DNA from: the human T2T-CHM13v2.0 reference genome, Homo sapiens
NCBI RefSeq assembly: GCF_009914755.1
Contig: NC_060926.1
Reading direction: 5' to 3' (one strand)
DNA: 64,000 bases
Shown here in pieces: positions 27,695 through 43,700 of this stretch (the first letter of the stretch is position 1; each line of letters begins with the position of its first letter). Below the pieces are notes generated by a model. That model made no database searches, was not told the DNA's origin, and saw only the letters and a program-made list of their open reading frames with translations. The position numbers and the translations under genes are program-made.

Positions 27695-29717
27695 AGAGCA
27701 CACATGAAGCCAGACATGGTTTTATTTCACTGGATCTCTTTTGACAAGACAATCCAATATAAAATGCCCCTTAGAAATATATGGAAAGCCATGTGACATA
27801 AGAACAAAGTGGGAAATGATGGTCATAATATGCTGAGAAAGTCTGAAATGGAAAATTCCTTTCAATAAGAAACCACATAATAAAAAGTTCTCGTTATATT
27901 TGTAGTTACAAGCTATGGTTTATTACTCTGTCTAGAGATTCTTGTAATGATTCATTGTTATTGGAAGAAATAAAATAGGGTTCACAAAGGAGCTTTTATC
28001 AGATTATAATGTGCCCTATCATAAAGTGGGGAAAAAGAGGCTTATCTGGCTATTTGTAGTCCTTGCCCATGTGGCCATGGATCAGATACTAATTAGAATT
28101 CTTTTTGAACCCCTGGAATGCTCTGCAGAGTGAATTCCATGTCATGACCACACTTGAAGAGTAGTGCATGAGAAGGCTGTTTGATAAGTCCTTTAGGTAC
28201 TAAAACAAATCAAAACCAGTCCTATTTATTCTAACAAAAGCCTCTCTCCTCATATGTTCTCTGCTTTGCACCAAATGATTTTTGGCTTTTCATCTTTCTA
28301 AAGTCTAGATATCCTGATACTTTCATGGAATTTTTGTGTAACTTACCAGTCATGTAAGACTGTTACCATAGAGTAAGTGGTGAGTTTGGCAAAGAGAATG
28401 GATTGAGAATTTGGATCAAGACAGCCCATAGTCATATTGCTGAAGAGCTACCTTTCCTATTGGAGTTTACAAGGGTTAAAGAAACACCACTATTTCTCTA
28501 GGATACTACCTTGGTCAACTTTAGTAAAACAGATGATGTACTAGTTGTGTATTGTGGCTGAAGATATCAGTAGGCTTTTATTTTTCTTCTTCTTTCTCTG
28601 TGCTTTTTTCTCCTTTGTTTCTATAAATTAAAATTTCTGGGCATGGCAACGAGAACTGGCTTTGCACACACAATACCCTTGGCTCCAAGGAGGTCATAGA
28701 TTTGGATCATCTCCCAGATTATACATCTGCCCCTCTAGCTTGCCTTTCAGAGCATATGGCTGTGGCAGAGGGGGCAGATTACAAATCACCTCTGTGTTGT
28801 TTCAAAAGTATAAGAAAGGGGAAGCACCTTTTCCTATGACCATAAAGTTGTTACTTGAGTGTTAAAAGACAACGATTTTCTTGTGAATTGTCTTCAGTGA
28901 GTTAAGATGCATTCAGTGCATTGCAGTCATAGAAGTCACACTAAACACTATGTAGGGGAATACATGACATGAAAAGTCCTGACCTCTGTTTTTGGGAACT
29001 TACATGTCAGCTGAAATGGCTACAGCAACACCTGCAAAGAGGGACAACTCAGAGGGTCCATTTATTGCTTTACATTTTATTCTCAGGTGCTGACAAATAA
29101 TTTTTCTTAAAAATTATATTTCTGGATATGAATACATATTGGAGCAATCAATTCATTTCAGAGTATATCAGCCGTCAGGGCTTCTTTTGAAATTGCAGGC
29201 ATTGAAAATTCTGGATCTAGGCATAGAATCCTACCAAAAGACAATACAGAGCTAGATTGAAAGCCCAAGGTACTGCCATGGGGGTAATTTATGAATCTGG
29301 AGAAATAACAGAGTAAGAAGAGATGAAGGAAAAGAGGTGGATATTAGAGAAGATATGTTATTCCCTTTTCTAAGCTCATCTGTGTTCTGAATCTGTACCC
29401 AACTATTTATTTCAGAGCCTTGTTCTATTAGTTAATGGTTCTTTCTCTTCTGTCTTCAGATTTTCCCTCTTGATTGGCTCCTTCCTTTAATCCAAGGAGA
29501 ATTAATCAAGGTGACAAAGGTGGTGGGGCAAAAACAGTGGGAATATATGGAAGCAGCAAGGAACATAAGAGGAGGTCCAAGCAAAAGCAGTGGATAACAG
29601 TGCAAACAGGAACTATTTACTGAAAGTCCTTACTAAGGAGTTTCCCTTTATCATTTAAATAGCAAACAGAATGAACATTTTAAAGTAAAATTCTGTCATT
29701 TCACTTCTTATAAACCT

Positions 29718-30078
29718 TCAATATGGAACAATTATATGACCACATGCAAAAAGAAAAGAAAAAATAACCTCCGTCTATACCTTACACCATATAAGAAGCT
29801 AATCTGACATGGTTCACAGATCTTAAATGTGAGCACTAAAACTATAAAACTTCTAGAAAACAAATGGGAGAAATTTTAGTTACAGTGGGTTAAGCAGAAC
29901 TTTTTAGAGCACTAAAACCAGGAAGTACAAAAAAATCAACAAATTAGATCTTCTGAAAATTAAAAATGTTTACTCTTCAAAAGATACTCTTGAGAAAATG
30001 AAAAGACAAGTCACAGACTAAAAATATTTGAAAAACACATATCCAACAAAGGATCTGTATACAGAATATATAAAAGTT
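29718..30078 (+). mobile_element. L1 ORF2 3' fragment (L1MB/MC-like)
   Basis: ccttacaccatata…cttaaatgtgag…aaaactataaaacttctagaaaa…gagaaaatgaaaagacaagtcacagact. Confidence 0.8.
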
Positions 30079-33000
30079 CCGAACCCAAGGAATTGCCAAA
30101 ATTTAAGGATAAGCAAAGGCACAAGTAGACTATTTACTAGGTTATTTTAGACAAAGAGTAATGAGAAGTGGAAGAAGATTGTCAGAGAGAATAGGACACA
30201 AATGATAAATGTATTATAAAATGTGGCAGAGACAGGTGGATAGGACTTGACACTTTTTTATATTTGTAAACAAGAGACAGGAAGGACCCAAAGCTGACCT
30301 GAGACTTTGAGGCTAGAAGATCAGAAGAAAGGTAGTGCCTTTAATAGAAAGAATCATGAAGAAGGGTCAAGTTATGAGAATGAAAGTATGAGTCTGGAGC
30401 TCCAGAGAGATCAATCAAGGTTAGCGATACAGATTTAGAAGTCATCTGCATTAGAGGTGGTAGTTGAATATTGAATTTGTCCACAAGATTGCACAGATTA
30501 AATTAAGTAATAATTCTTTGATGGGGGTAACAGCCATTAGTTTTTTGGTTAACTAAAAGCCTAAGATGAAGGCAAAGGCAGTTACTAGAGTTAATGATCA
30601 GTCTCATTTTTGCTATTATCATGTTCAGTGGTTTGAAACAACTAGAATTTTTCTCTGAAAATTAGCAGCTGCATGGAAATGCAAAGTTTCTAGCAGTTAC
30701 AAATTGGATACTAAGTTAAATTGACTTATATATTTATATTTACAGAGGATCTTAAACAGAAAAATGAGATCTTTGTTCAAGTTTTTAAATATTAGTGAGA
30801 CATGAGAACATAGAAGTCATACAATGAAATTTGCACTGATTTTGTGAACATAATCTTATGATTTCTTTTAAAATGCAATTATATGCTTTCTTTAAATCAT
30901 ATTAGTTGTCTGTTTTGATCAACTGACAAAAGTCAGCTTATCCACATTTTTCCATTTAGTAAAAATAAATTTTGAATAAATGATGATATGGTCTTCCTAA
31001 AGTGATTAGTAATACAAATATAGGGTTTTCTCTTTTTGTTGTTTTCATCTTCAGAGATTAGTAGAAAATTTTTCTTGTTATTTGAAAATACTTTTTTTTA
31101 CACACATACATATAAATTACAGGTTTGCAAAAAGTGACTTCATTTTATCTATTGTAAACTGGTGATTCCTGTTTATGTGATCATAAATCTTAGTTTGCCT
31201 ACTTCTTGCTTGTGTTTGTTGGCATTAATGCTGAAGTTTTGACAAAAATTACTTTAACTTTTGCTTCCCTCGGAACAACCAGGGAAAAATATCAACAGCG
31301 AAACCGGATAGATGTGGCACCAATAGCTTACTTCAAATAAATTAATACTTCATTTTTTAGGCAAGAATGGTAATCGGTTCTGTTCTATTAGCCTCAGTGG
31401 TGTGAACATAGAGTTTCATCACATTATTGTGTGTAAGATATATTTACAAGAGACTTAGACAAAGCAAGGTCTTCCAAGAATAAGCACAAAATGTCTATAC
31501 ACACGAGCCTTCAGGGAAGATTGGGGTGATACATGGAATCGATGCACTTTCAAGTTGGCGGATCTGATCATCAGTCTCTAAATGTTAGTAATCATTTGGT
31601 TTATTTACTTTTGAAATTAATGTGAAGGGCTCTGTAGCTTCTTTTTCTTCCTTGGGTTTTGATGTGCTGATGTAATTTGGACATTGCTTTTCTGCCTACA
31701 AATGGGACGATTCCTGATATGTGTAGATTAGGGTGAAATCTCAGGTGCTTTTTGATTTTCTACTTTCAGAGAAAAAGTAGAAATTGCTGCTGATATACCG
31801 AGACTTCACCGAAGAGATGTTCAGTGTAATATAATTATTTTGATGTCACTTTTCATTGTTTTATTCACAAAAAGGAAAAACAATATTTTATAGGAAAACA
31901 TTAGTAACAAGAGAGATATCTTAATTTTTAAATTAATATTCAGTGCTCTTTTTAACACGATATTTATTAGGTGCAAGTTACATGCTATTGTAGTAAAGTT
32001 AAAAGATTATTCAAATCTTTGGAATTTTCAGAGATGAATTTTATCAAATACATATTTTTAAATTAAATGGGCTATCAAGTAGAGTTTAGAAATCTTCTGT
32101 TCATACAGATTTTTATCACTTTAGTACTTCATCTGTGATATAAAACATAAATCTTGAGAGAAGGGCTTTTGATTTTTGTTAAAAGCAGCATGCACATCCT
32201 ATAAGGCATCAGTCAGAAGACTCATTAGAAACATCATACTAAAAAGTTAAAATGTTTCTTACGCTAAGATTATATCACCAAATCCTTGAAAAGACATAGC
32301 TTCTTATCAGATTGTTCTTTGCCTTTTAGACTTCCGTTTCAAGGGAGAAAAAGTAATTTTTGACTAAATGTCTATTGATTTAATGTCTCCCAGACCCACC
32401 AAATAGAGTTTATTCAACACTAAAATGCAGTTACCTCTAGAATAAATTTTGAAAGCTGAAATGGAATTTGGCAACTGTTTAACTCGACACAGAAAATTCA
32501 CTGAATTTAGAACAAGAAGTAAAGTGAACATTATTTTATTTAATTCAAGATGCAGTTGTATTTTAAGAAGACATAATAATGAGATGGCAAACCAAAATAA
32601 ATAAATGAAAATGAATTCTGTTTTCTAAGCTCCTAACTCCATGCAAACATTATAGGTCAAAAATACAATTATTGTAGTCTTAATTGGAGTCATAGCAACT
32701 TGTTGCTTAATTTATAATTTCTCTGTAGTCACATATACAGATATATAGTTTTGAGAGAGTTAATACATGGAAAATACTTAGCTTAGTGCCTAGAACACTG
32801 AAAGTACTCAGTCAGTGGTTGCAGTTACTGTGGTGTTTGTTGCTATTTTCTGTTGCATTCTTGTGTCTCTTTTGACCTTTCTCCCTTGCTTCACTCTGAA
32901 TAATTTCAAGAAACATGATTTTGGCTTAACTGCTTAACTAGATTTGAACTACTGATTCTATTCTTTTAGCAATTAAAGGATTCTTTTCAATATTTGGTCT

Positions 33001-36000
33001 CTGATTCAACCAGGAAAGAAGAGATGAGAAATGGTGGTGTTCTTTTTGTTGATTTATCTAGAACCTGTGGTTTTCAGACTCAGGTTGAGGGAATATAAGT
33101 GATTTTCAATAAGATATGCCAGTTTTAGGGCTTGTTATTGACTTGCCCCTATAGTCAGGGCTGTTAAAAGGATTTTCAACAAAAACGATCTCATCCTCAA
33201 TCTTAATGTGCTAAAGAAGAAGACAATAAAAGAAAAAAAGGCATTCCTCTCAAACAATTTGAAATATCTGCAGTTATTTTTTCAGAGTTTTTACTAAAAC
33301 TCAAGCTAGTCTAGCTCATTGTGAAATTTTACAAATGCATACTTCGGATTTATTTTCAAAGGGGAGAAATCATTCTAAACTTCCCTGTTTCTTATTTTTC
33401 TTTTACAGTCCCCATGCTATTTCTCCATTTCAGCCAACACTGTTAACAGACTCTTTTAACATTTATATGCTCTTGCAAATTATGGCATAAAAAACTATTT
33501 CTTGACTTCTTGCTATGTACTGATATTGTATAAGGTACTGTGAGGATCCACAAAATTAAAAGGCATAGATTTCAGAGAGGGTAAAACTTACACATGGGAA
33601 ACAATTAAGATCAAGTGATTTATAAACAGTAACCTCTGAAATAGAAGGTGCCAAATTGTGTGACACAGACAATAGGGCAACAGGGCTCAGAGATGGGCAA
33701 GATCAGCGGGGCTGTATTCATCAAGGAAGGATTTGGCTTGAGCTTCAGAAGGATCGGTTGGATTTGTATCACTGTAGAAGAGAGGGGAAGGCATTCCAGG
33801 CAGCAGGGAGAGCAAAAGCAAGCTCAGAAGCAGAAATGTCATGCAAATGTCATGGTATGCCCTAATTTTAATGATTCCGCAGTCCTATGAGGTGACTTTG
33901 ATCTCATTGTAATTTATATCAGCAGCAAAGGATTTGAGTTTACAAGCTGGCTTCATTTAAAGAAAAGGCAGATAGAGGGGTGAAGATAGAATAAATACAT
34001 TCAACAAATAGTAATAGTCAATAAAAATATGAAATTTTAAGGTTCTAGCTATTCTAAGCATGTCCTTCAGTCTGATGTTTGGTTTTAAGAAGGTAAAATT
34101 CTTAGGGCATCATAAAGAACCTCAAACATTTAAGATAACTAATCTAATCTCTAAACCAGAGGAAGGATGTTTTTCTTAATACTGTAATAAAAGAGGCTGC
34201 CACCATATTTTATATGGCACCAACTCTATTGGTTATTAATCAAGTTCTTAGGCTAAACTTCAGGCCTTCTCTCATCCCAGGACCTTTAGCTAGTGAGCCC
34301 TAGTGAACATAGCCATCATTCAACTCCTTGCCTTCTCCAATGAGAAAGAATGCTGACACAGAAATGTTTTAGAGTCAACTGCAAGAACTCATTAATACCA
34401 AGCCCAAGAAGGAACTGCTGATCATCAGGGATCTGATCACAAAATAAATTAGCAGTTTTGCATCACGATGTCTTGTGACATACATGCATTAGTGAAAGTA
34501 AATAAGCATGAAGACAGACTGATTAAGCTCACTCATATAATTGGTTTTTGAGAACGGTTCCAATATATTGGGAGAAAAATAAGCATCAACTTGGAAATCA
34601 AATTGACTTTTTTCTTAACACTGAACAAAAGAATTGTTAGAGGTTTGAGGTAAAAGATCGTGGCAGAAGCCAGTATTGATTCACATTACTGGTCAGCCCT
34701 CTTAAGATTCTATGCTTCTCTGGGTGTTAAAAGTCCACTGGAAAATAAGAGAAAGAAAATTGAGTTTCAAGGACGTAGAAAAATCTGATTTGAAATCAGG
34801 TGGAAAGTGCTCTAATGCCACTAGTATTAGGAGGCGGTAATTTGCAGATAAAAAGTAAAAATACAGGTCTGGAAGTGGTATATTTAAAATTTTACTTCTG
34901 AGATATATGATGAGTCCAAAATAAGTTTTAAAATAAAATGAAGAATAATTTTGAGGAATATAGTGCCAATTTGACAGAAGAGACTTCTCAGCTCTTTGGG
35001 GAAAATATTGAAATGCATGGTTTTAAGTGATGCTGGCTAGAATAAAGGTGGAAGGAGGAAAATAAATTACCTCATTTTAACAACCTCATTAATAAGGTAA
35101 TAAGAGACTGTCTTACCAGTGATGTTATTTGCGGACTAAAGTTTCTCAAAAGGAAGAAAAGAGTATAGTCTTGAATAAAAGGTGTACCCAAGTATGAATA
35201 AAATAAGTATAAATCATTCATTTTTCAAAAACCTGTGAAGCTCAAAGAATAGGTATTATTCCATTTTGTAGATGAGAAAATTGAGGTTTTGAGGCAAATA
35301 GTAGGGAACAGAGTCTAGATTTGAACCTAGGTCACTTTAGACTTGTTTAAATATGTAAATCACTCAAAACTCAGAATTTTTGCATTTGACTTCAGATAAA
35401 CAGACTGGATAAATTCCTACCTAAACAGAAACTAACTTTATTGTAATTTTCTAATTCCTCAATGTTAAGTTCTCAATGATTAAAGGTGCCTTGAGTATTT
35501 TATTCAAAACTTTTTGGTACTTAATCCTATAAAAATAATGACATACTCTTATAATTAAATAGACTTATTTCAAACTGTTTCCCAATTTCAATTTATTCAT
35601 CCTTTTTACTAGTGACATCATTCATTCATGATAAAGGAAACAAGGAGGCTTTTTCAGGTAATGTCTTAGGAGTAAGGAGAGAGAAAGCAAAGTTAGTACC
35701 TTGTTAAGATTTCCAAGAACTTTTATATTCAGGAATTTATATTCAGGAATTTCACTGATTTTTTTTTAAAGTTCCTTCAGGGGCAATTGGGCTGCTGGGC
35801 TGCTGATTCTCAATAACCACACTTACACCTGACAAACAAAAATGCATTACTCTGTGACAAGGCATAATTAGTAATTTCCCACTGAACTGGAATAGTCATT
35901 TTAGCTGTCAGAAATATTTCTTTTCCTAGTAAGAAAATTCACTTGCAAAAACAAAAATTAAGATCTGAAGAGTACTTACCAAGTTGAGCAAGCAAGGGGA

Positions 36001-36184
36001 AATGGATAAGCTAAAAGGCAGCTATGTGCTTCTCTCCTACTGGCATGTATCATAGACTCAGTATTTTCTAGAGAATTATCTGGATACTCTCATCAATATA
36101 TCCTAATTCACCAATATCAGTATAACATGTAATTTTTTCCCTAGAATACAGCAAATAATAACTGAAGATTTTAAGGGACAACTT

Positions 36185-36400
36185 CAGACAATAATACCTA
36201 AATACATTAAAATGACTAAAGGAGTGTAATTGGCTTGTTTGTAACACAAAGGATAAATTCTTCAGGGGATGGAGACCCCCATTCGCCATCATGTGATTAT
36301 TTCACATTGCATGCATGTATGAAAACATCTCATGTACCCCACAAATATGTATACCTACTATGTACTCAAAGTTAAAAATTTTAAAAAAATTTTAAAAGTA
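36185..36400 (+). mobile_element. L1MA 3' end
   Basis: gtgtaattggcttgtttgtaacacaaaggataaat…catgtgattatttcacattgcatgc…catctcatgtacccc…tacctactatgtac. Confidence 0.85.
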
Positions 36401-36463
36401 AAGAATATCCTGTCAGTAATAATAATATCTAAATACAGGACTAAATTAATTCATAATACAATT

Positions 36464-37270
<807 letters not shown>

Positions 37271-38106
37271 CAAAAAATAATACATTCTGCCACTAAAAGG
37301 AACTTTACCATTTATTACATTACTCTGTTACCATGAGCTTACCTGAAGTGTACCTTAAATAATCACTTGAGGAGAATTTCTATATATCCAAAAACAAGCA
37401 GAGAAGAAAAAAATCATACTCTTAAGGATTTCAGAAGCTAGGCTTTGTTCCAGGTGTGCTTTCTGCAAAGTGTTTTAAATTCAAGCCTTAGCAAAATATC
37501 AGATTGCTACCAGGCAAGGACCTTCAGAGTCACTTGATAATATAGGAAACCACAGTGTCATGCATTTGCTACAGTGGATGATGGTGGGACACCCCCATAA
37601 TCCCCTTGTTTGAAGGATTTTATTCACTGATAAAAGTCACTGCTATGTGATCATGATTGATTGCTCAACTTTTAATTATTGACATATATTACAAGTAAAT
37701 ATGCCATACATATACACACACACAGACAAATATACACAAACACACTAGAATTTCTGATCTACATGAGATAACTATTACCCTAAATTGACATAATTTCAGC
37801 CCAAAGCAGAAATATTTGCTCTTTTGGAAAGTATGTGAGCTTAGTAAGATGTAGTTGTGAATCTTCATTTTGATACTTAGCAATAACTTTTCAGATCTTC
37901 ATTATTATTGCCTAGTATTTCCTTCAGGGGCCCCCAAATGTGGATTGGGAATCCAGGTTGGAAACCACTATCCTCAACTTTCCACTGATGCTCCCATATT
38001 GCTTTTAAAAGAAAACATATCAGACTTAAAAGTTATTTAAATCTTAAATTAGCTACATCTTAACAGCATAATTAGCCTTTTATACCAAGATTAGTGAAAG
38101 ATGCTC

Positions 38107-38471
<365 letters not shown>

Positions 38472-38711
38472 TTAATTTGATTTTTCAAGGTAAATATGGC
38501 AATATATATTTTACCACTTTGTTATTTATTTTCTTAGTTCTATTTCAGATCACCTGTCCCCTCGTTTCTATAATTATTTTCCCCACAATTATATTTGTAT
38601 CTGATAGACCGTATTTGCCATAAATAAGAAGCACTAATAGCTGGTGTTAAAATAGGTAAACTTTAGTATATTTTATATAAGGACCATTGAATACTTATGA
38701 TTACTTGTTTT

Positions 38712-39200
38712 AACAATTAGGATGTGTTTGACTGCAAATAACAGATAATTGATAACAGTGGCTTAACTAAAAAAAGGGTTTCTTCTTGTCTGGCATCAAG
38801 GACAGAGGAGGCAGGCAGGCTAGGGTTGGTACAGTTGTTCAAATAAGTCATCAAATACCAGACTTCTGGCCTCCTGCGTCTCCATCCATACCGTGTAGCT
38901 TCCAACCTCATGTTTGTGGGATGGCTGCTGCCCCTCCATGTGCCAGGCAGGAAGAAGGAGGACAGGTGAAGGACAAAAGACATAATTCTGTCCCTTTTAT
39001 TTGGAAAATAATAGCTGTCCAAAAACTTAACCTCAGATGCTTCATCCGTGTCTTATTATTCAAAACCATTACATGAAAACAAAAAACCGCATGAATATCT
39101 GGAGAGATGAATATTTTTAACTAGTCAGGTTGCTACTCCAAAGTCAGGATTTTGTTAAAAAGAAGCTGAAAAACTATTTGGCATAAACAATAAGTAGTTA
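38712..39200 (-). mobile_element. Old MLT1 (J/K-like) LTR
   Basis: ttaggatgtgtttgactgcaaataacaga…aacagtggcttaac…gggatggctgctgcccctcca. Confidence 0.6.
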
Positions 39201-39997
39201 TACATGAGACAGATAAGTTAGCCAAATCAAAATCATCCTCTTTATATCAGTTTTTCCCCTAAATTTAACTTAAAATACCTGAAGTAATTGGAAATAAAGT
39301 AGTTTTCCAATGTAGACATTGAAAATTATCTGTAAACTAGTTCAGTGTTCTCTGAACAGCAACTAACACAAACATTGCAGAAATTTCATGAATATTAGAT
39401 TGTGTTGATTGCTTCAATGTTTGTTCTTAATCTAAATTTTCACTTTAACAGTTGCAGCTAACTATTCATATATACAATCAACTCTCAGTTACCAAAGGGT
39501 GAATGCCCTGAATTCCCACTATTGTTGGAAAACCTGGCTATCCATTTCTTCTTTGCATTGTCACCCAGTGGAAAGAGTTCACTCCTTTGTTATACTTACT
39601 GTGAATTCCACTCCTTCACCTAACAAAACAATGCCAGAGCAGAAGCACGTGTGAGTTTTTTCTTTATAGTCAGATCAGCTGCTGTGGAGGGCCTTTCCCT
39701 CTAATGACCAGCTCTTCCTTCAGCAAAAGTATAAAGCATGCAGGCAGCTATCTAAAGGAGCAACTACTTTGGAGCCAGACTTCTCAATCTTGACCATGAA
39801 TCCAGGTGAGAAATACTGAGTAAAAATATAAAATGGATTTGCGTAAGAGTTCACTAACTCCTCCTAGATCAGGTCTTCACTTTCTTCTTTGAGATGTCAT
39901 GAGTTTACAGTATGGAAGACACTCTATTTGTTTATTTCATCAGTCATGTGTTCACTTGGCCAACACCTGTTAAATGCCTACCTTGTGCTGTGTATCA

Positions 39998-40008
39998 TGC
40001 TGACTCAC
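39998..40008 (-). promoter_or_regulatory. ARE / NRF2-NFE2-type motif
   Basis: Minus strand GTGAGTCAGCA matches RTGASTCAGCA; motif only. Confidence 0.25.
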
Positions 40009-40114
40009 AATGTATACAGTCGCACCGTATTCTGCGGCCAAATGGATTAATATTTGTAAACATAGTTAGAAGTTTTACTTTTGTAAGTTATCTATGATCT
40101 TGAACTTTTGTTAC

Positions 40115-40245
40115 AAGTCCACCAGGTTGTACAGCTCTGTGGTGGGGGTGAGGGTCATTTATAAAGGCTGCATGTGAATCATATCAGCAGTCCCCCAGGG
40201 GTTGCAGAGCACACACCACCATGAGTGTGTGTAATTACTCTGGTT
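40115..40245. mobile_element. Possible MER91-like hAT MITE
   Basis: aggttgtacagctc…atgtgaat…ccccaggggttgcagagcacac resembles the recalled MER91A layout; heavily diverged. Confidence 0.35.
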
Positions 40246-40856
40246 ACTTCATTGCACATTTGAGGATTGGCTCCTGTTTTGTGTTATCCATATTATTAGC
40301 TCAGCTCATCTAGATCTGGACAAATATAGTTTTTTTAAAAAAAGTCTATTTTATTTTCCCTCATATGTATATATATCTTTATCTTAGATAAATTACTATT
40401 GCCTATAATTTTCATATATATTATAACCTCTGAAGAGAATTTAGTACCTATATTCTTTCTACTCTTTATTTCTTTGTGTGAATAGGCAACATGTTTACCT
40501 CCCTTCACTATAGCATATTGGTATTAGGATATACTATATACTTGAAACTTAGAAAATTTGCAAGAATAATCAGCTGATTTCATTCCTGATGTATAAAGGA
40601 AAATATTCCATTCCTTAAGTGCTTTTAGTAACTTATATTGCAGTGACTTTAATATTACTGAGGAAGAAACCTGTAGTAATCTTATTCACCTCATTGGTAA
40701 GTTCTTGCAATATTTATTATTAAACATTAATTATTAAATATGAATAGTATTAAATGTGTGGTACATTGCTTTTTTTAATAACCCCTTTCCTGATATCCCT
40801 TAATTTACATGGTATACTTTTACATTGATTTTTTTATAAATCATTTCTACTTACTT

Positions 40857-40924
40857 TCTATCTGAATATTATCTATCTGAATATTAATATCAATTATCTA
40901 CCTGAATATTTCTATCTGAATATT
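40857..40924 (+). repeat. Four copies of the 14-mer tcta(t/c)ctgaatatt
   Basis: Copies at 40857, 40872, 40897 and 40911. Confidence 0.9.
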
Positions 40925-41788
40925 AATTCTTCAGTTAGCACCAAATGCAGAATTTATTATGCAACTTTTAAGCCCTCTACAGAAATCATTATATTATTTT
41001 ATAAAGAATCCATAACATTTTCTCTTCTTGGCTTTTCAGCAAGTTGTCTATAGTATGTATATCATAATATTACCTTGTGTTTTAAACCACTCAGAAAACT
41101 GGTAAAAAGCAGAATTGTCATTTTACTAAATATTCTTTCTTCAGCCAATTCCCATGTTTATCATTTCCTTAATTTTTATTGTCCTGTGTTGTAAAGTGGT
41201 CTGTGGCTTCAAAGGGCTTTTATTTGCTTTACTTGCTTCTAGGTTTCTAACTGCTTGTGTGCCTTTTGAATACATGTTTAAACATAAGAGAAAAAATGTG
41301 AGTAAGGCTCGCTTCTGATTTCAGACTGCTTGAGAGGGAAGTGACTGAAGGGGTAATATATAATCACAAATCAAACCCAAGGCCACTGTTAGGCTTCTTT
41401 CGGTGCCCTGTTGAACGGGAAAAATTAAAAAAAAAAAAAGTCTCTCGAGTTTCACAGATTAGCAAAAACTTCCTTGTATTTACCATGCACTGAAAATACA
41501 ATTAACAGTTTGTATGAGAAGACGAAAGATAATGAAAAGAGAAATTAGTCTCTGAAAAGCACATTCTTATGAGGTCATGAATTACAAGTTCATGTGTCTT
41601 ATGGCAAAATATTTATCTAAGAGATTCGGCTATAAAAATCAGGAGTCACCACCCTCTTTAGATTACCCAAAAGAGTTGATAATGACTTCATAATAGCATA
41701 AAAAATCTGGGGTCTTTATTGTTTTTAATTCTGATTTCTATATTTTATCTATTGAAAATCAAGAGCTGTGGATAAAAAGTTCATTTAG

Positions 41789-42127
<339 letters not shown>

Positions 42128-42999
42128 TTAGCAGGGATCTTTTCATATCAATATCAACAGTTGTTCAAATGCTAATACAGGTTTCTCTTAATGGTTATGA
42201 GAATGGTGTTTGCATTAATGGAAAGCAGACACAGTAATCTCAGGTGTGTTCATATTATCATTATTTAGTCTGAGAAATCTATTAAGAGTTAGTCTTAATA
42301 CAAGTAACTGAAGTTGTTGCCTTCATTAAGGATTTCTGTTCCTGAAATTTGTAATGTACACAGTGAATTAAATATGGCATACATTAGCCGCTGATACAGG
42401 AAGACATATTTGAAAGAAACAGGGGAAGTAGAAATGTGGATGGGAAGAGCATTTAGCAGTCTCATCCCTCTGCCATTCCTTCCTTTTGTAGTGAGCCAGC
42501 AGGGCGCCTGGTGCTGACAGCCTTGGCAAACAACCTAGAGAGAAAATATGTCTTCTGAAAAGATCACGAAATCTCAAAGACCTCCAGTTCCTTGGTATTT
42601 ATACAGCATTTGTGGTATTTTCCTCCTTTCTTTTCTTATTTATCCTTAACAGAAGAAACAACAAGTAAATCTGGTGAAAAGCTTCACCAAGAAAATGCTT
42701 TCTGAAAGAATTTAAAAGAAGACAAAGGAGTTGCAGGGAGAAGCAGGTTGGCAATGAGGAGCTAGGCGGGGCCTTCGGGAGCGGGAGCAGCACCCACCAT
42801 CTCACAAATGGCCCTTCTCGGCAACGTTGGGGGATATTTATTCCGGGGAAGTCAGAGAAGCTCCAAAGTGGCTTGCAGCGCTTTATCAGCCGACATTTAC
42901 ACAGAAACTCCTGCCTCTGAGCTTCCTGTGAAATCTATAGGAGGAGAAGCCCAAGGGACTCTGGCTGTTAGAAAATTTGTCATCCTGCTAGAGAGACCT

Positions 43000-43700
43000 A
43001 TAGATTGGTGGTTAACCACATGGATATTGCTGTCAGACCTGGGTTTGAGTCCTGGCCCCATAGCTGGCTCTCTGTGTGACCCTTAGTCATGCTGAGCCTC
43101 AGCTTATTTAGCTTTAAATGATGGGTAATAATAATATCCACCTCACAGGTGGAAGTGGGGTGAGAGAATTTGTGTGGAACACCTAGCTCCATTTCTGGCA
43201 CCTAGGACAACCTCCATACCTGCTAGTTGTTATGTTTGAGTGATCTGCATATTTGTAACAACAGGGATACAATTAAACAAGAGTCCATGCTCTTCAGGAA
43301 TTAAGGAGAGGCAACCTTCTAGGTTACAGTCAGGAAGGTTCCATTTGCCAGACAACGAATAATCCTTGAGTATTCACTCTGCTGGCCGTTGATAGAAAAG
43401 TGACCGTGACTTCATCACTGCCTTCAAAAAGCTTAGCAAGGAAGACAGGTATATACACAAACAATGTACAGAATGGGGAGTGTGCTTGGGTTCAAATCCC
43501 AGTTTTGTTGTTCATTAGCTGTGTGACCTTGAACAAGATATTTAACCTCTCTGTTCCCAGGTTTTCCTCTATATAAATGACAGTAATAATAGCACTCACA
43601 TCCAAGAGTTGTGGTGAGGATTAAACTTGTGAATACTGTACAGTATAGCACTTAGAATAATGCTTGGTACTCAATAAATATATATTAGTCATTATTATAA
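43000..43700 (+). mobile_element. Two MIR elements (~43000-43230, ~43480-43700)
   Basis: gtcagacctgggtttgagtcctggc…tgtgtgacctt; tgggttcaaatcccag…tagctgtgtgaccttgaacaag. Confidence 0.75.

Noticed and set aside
31770-31826. Possible cryptic exon after ttttgattttctactttcAG
   Set aside because: Weak donor, stop within 8 codons in the PARD3B phase and no other support.
23047-35752. Small perfect tandem duplications (aacctatttg twice near 23050; tttatattcaggaa twice near 35723)
   Set aside because: Ordinary slippage duplications expected at this scale.
40857-40924. CRISPR-like repeat-spacer array
   Set aside because: Eukaryotic DNA, 14-bp repeats, spacers of 0-11 nt and no cas genes.
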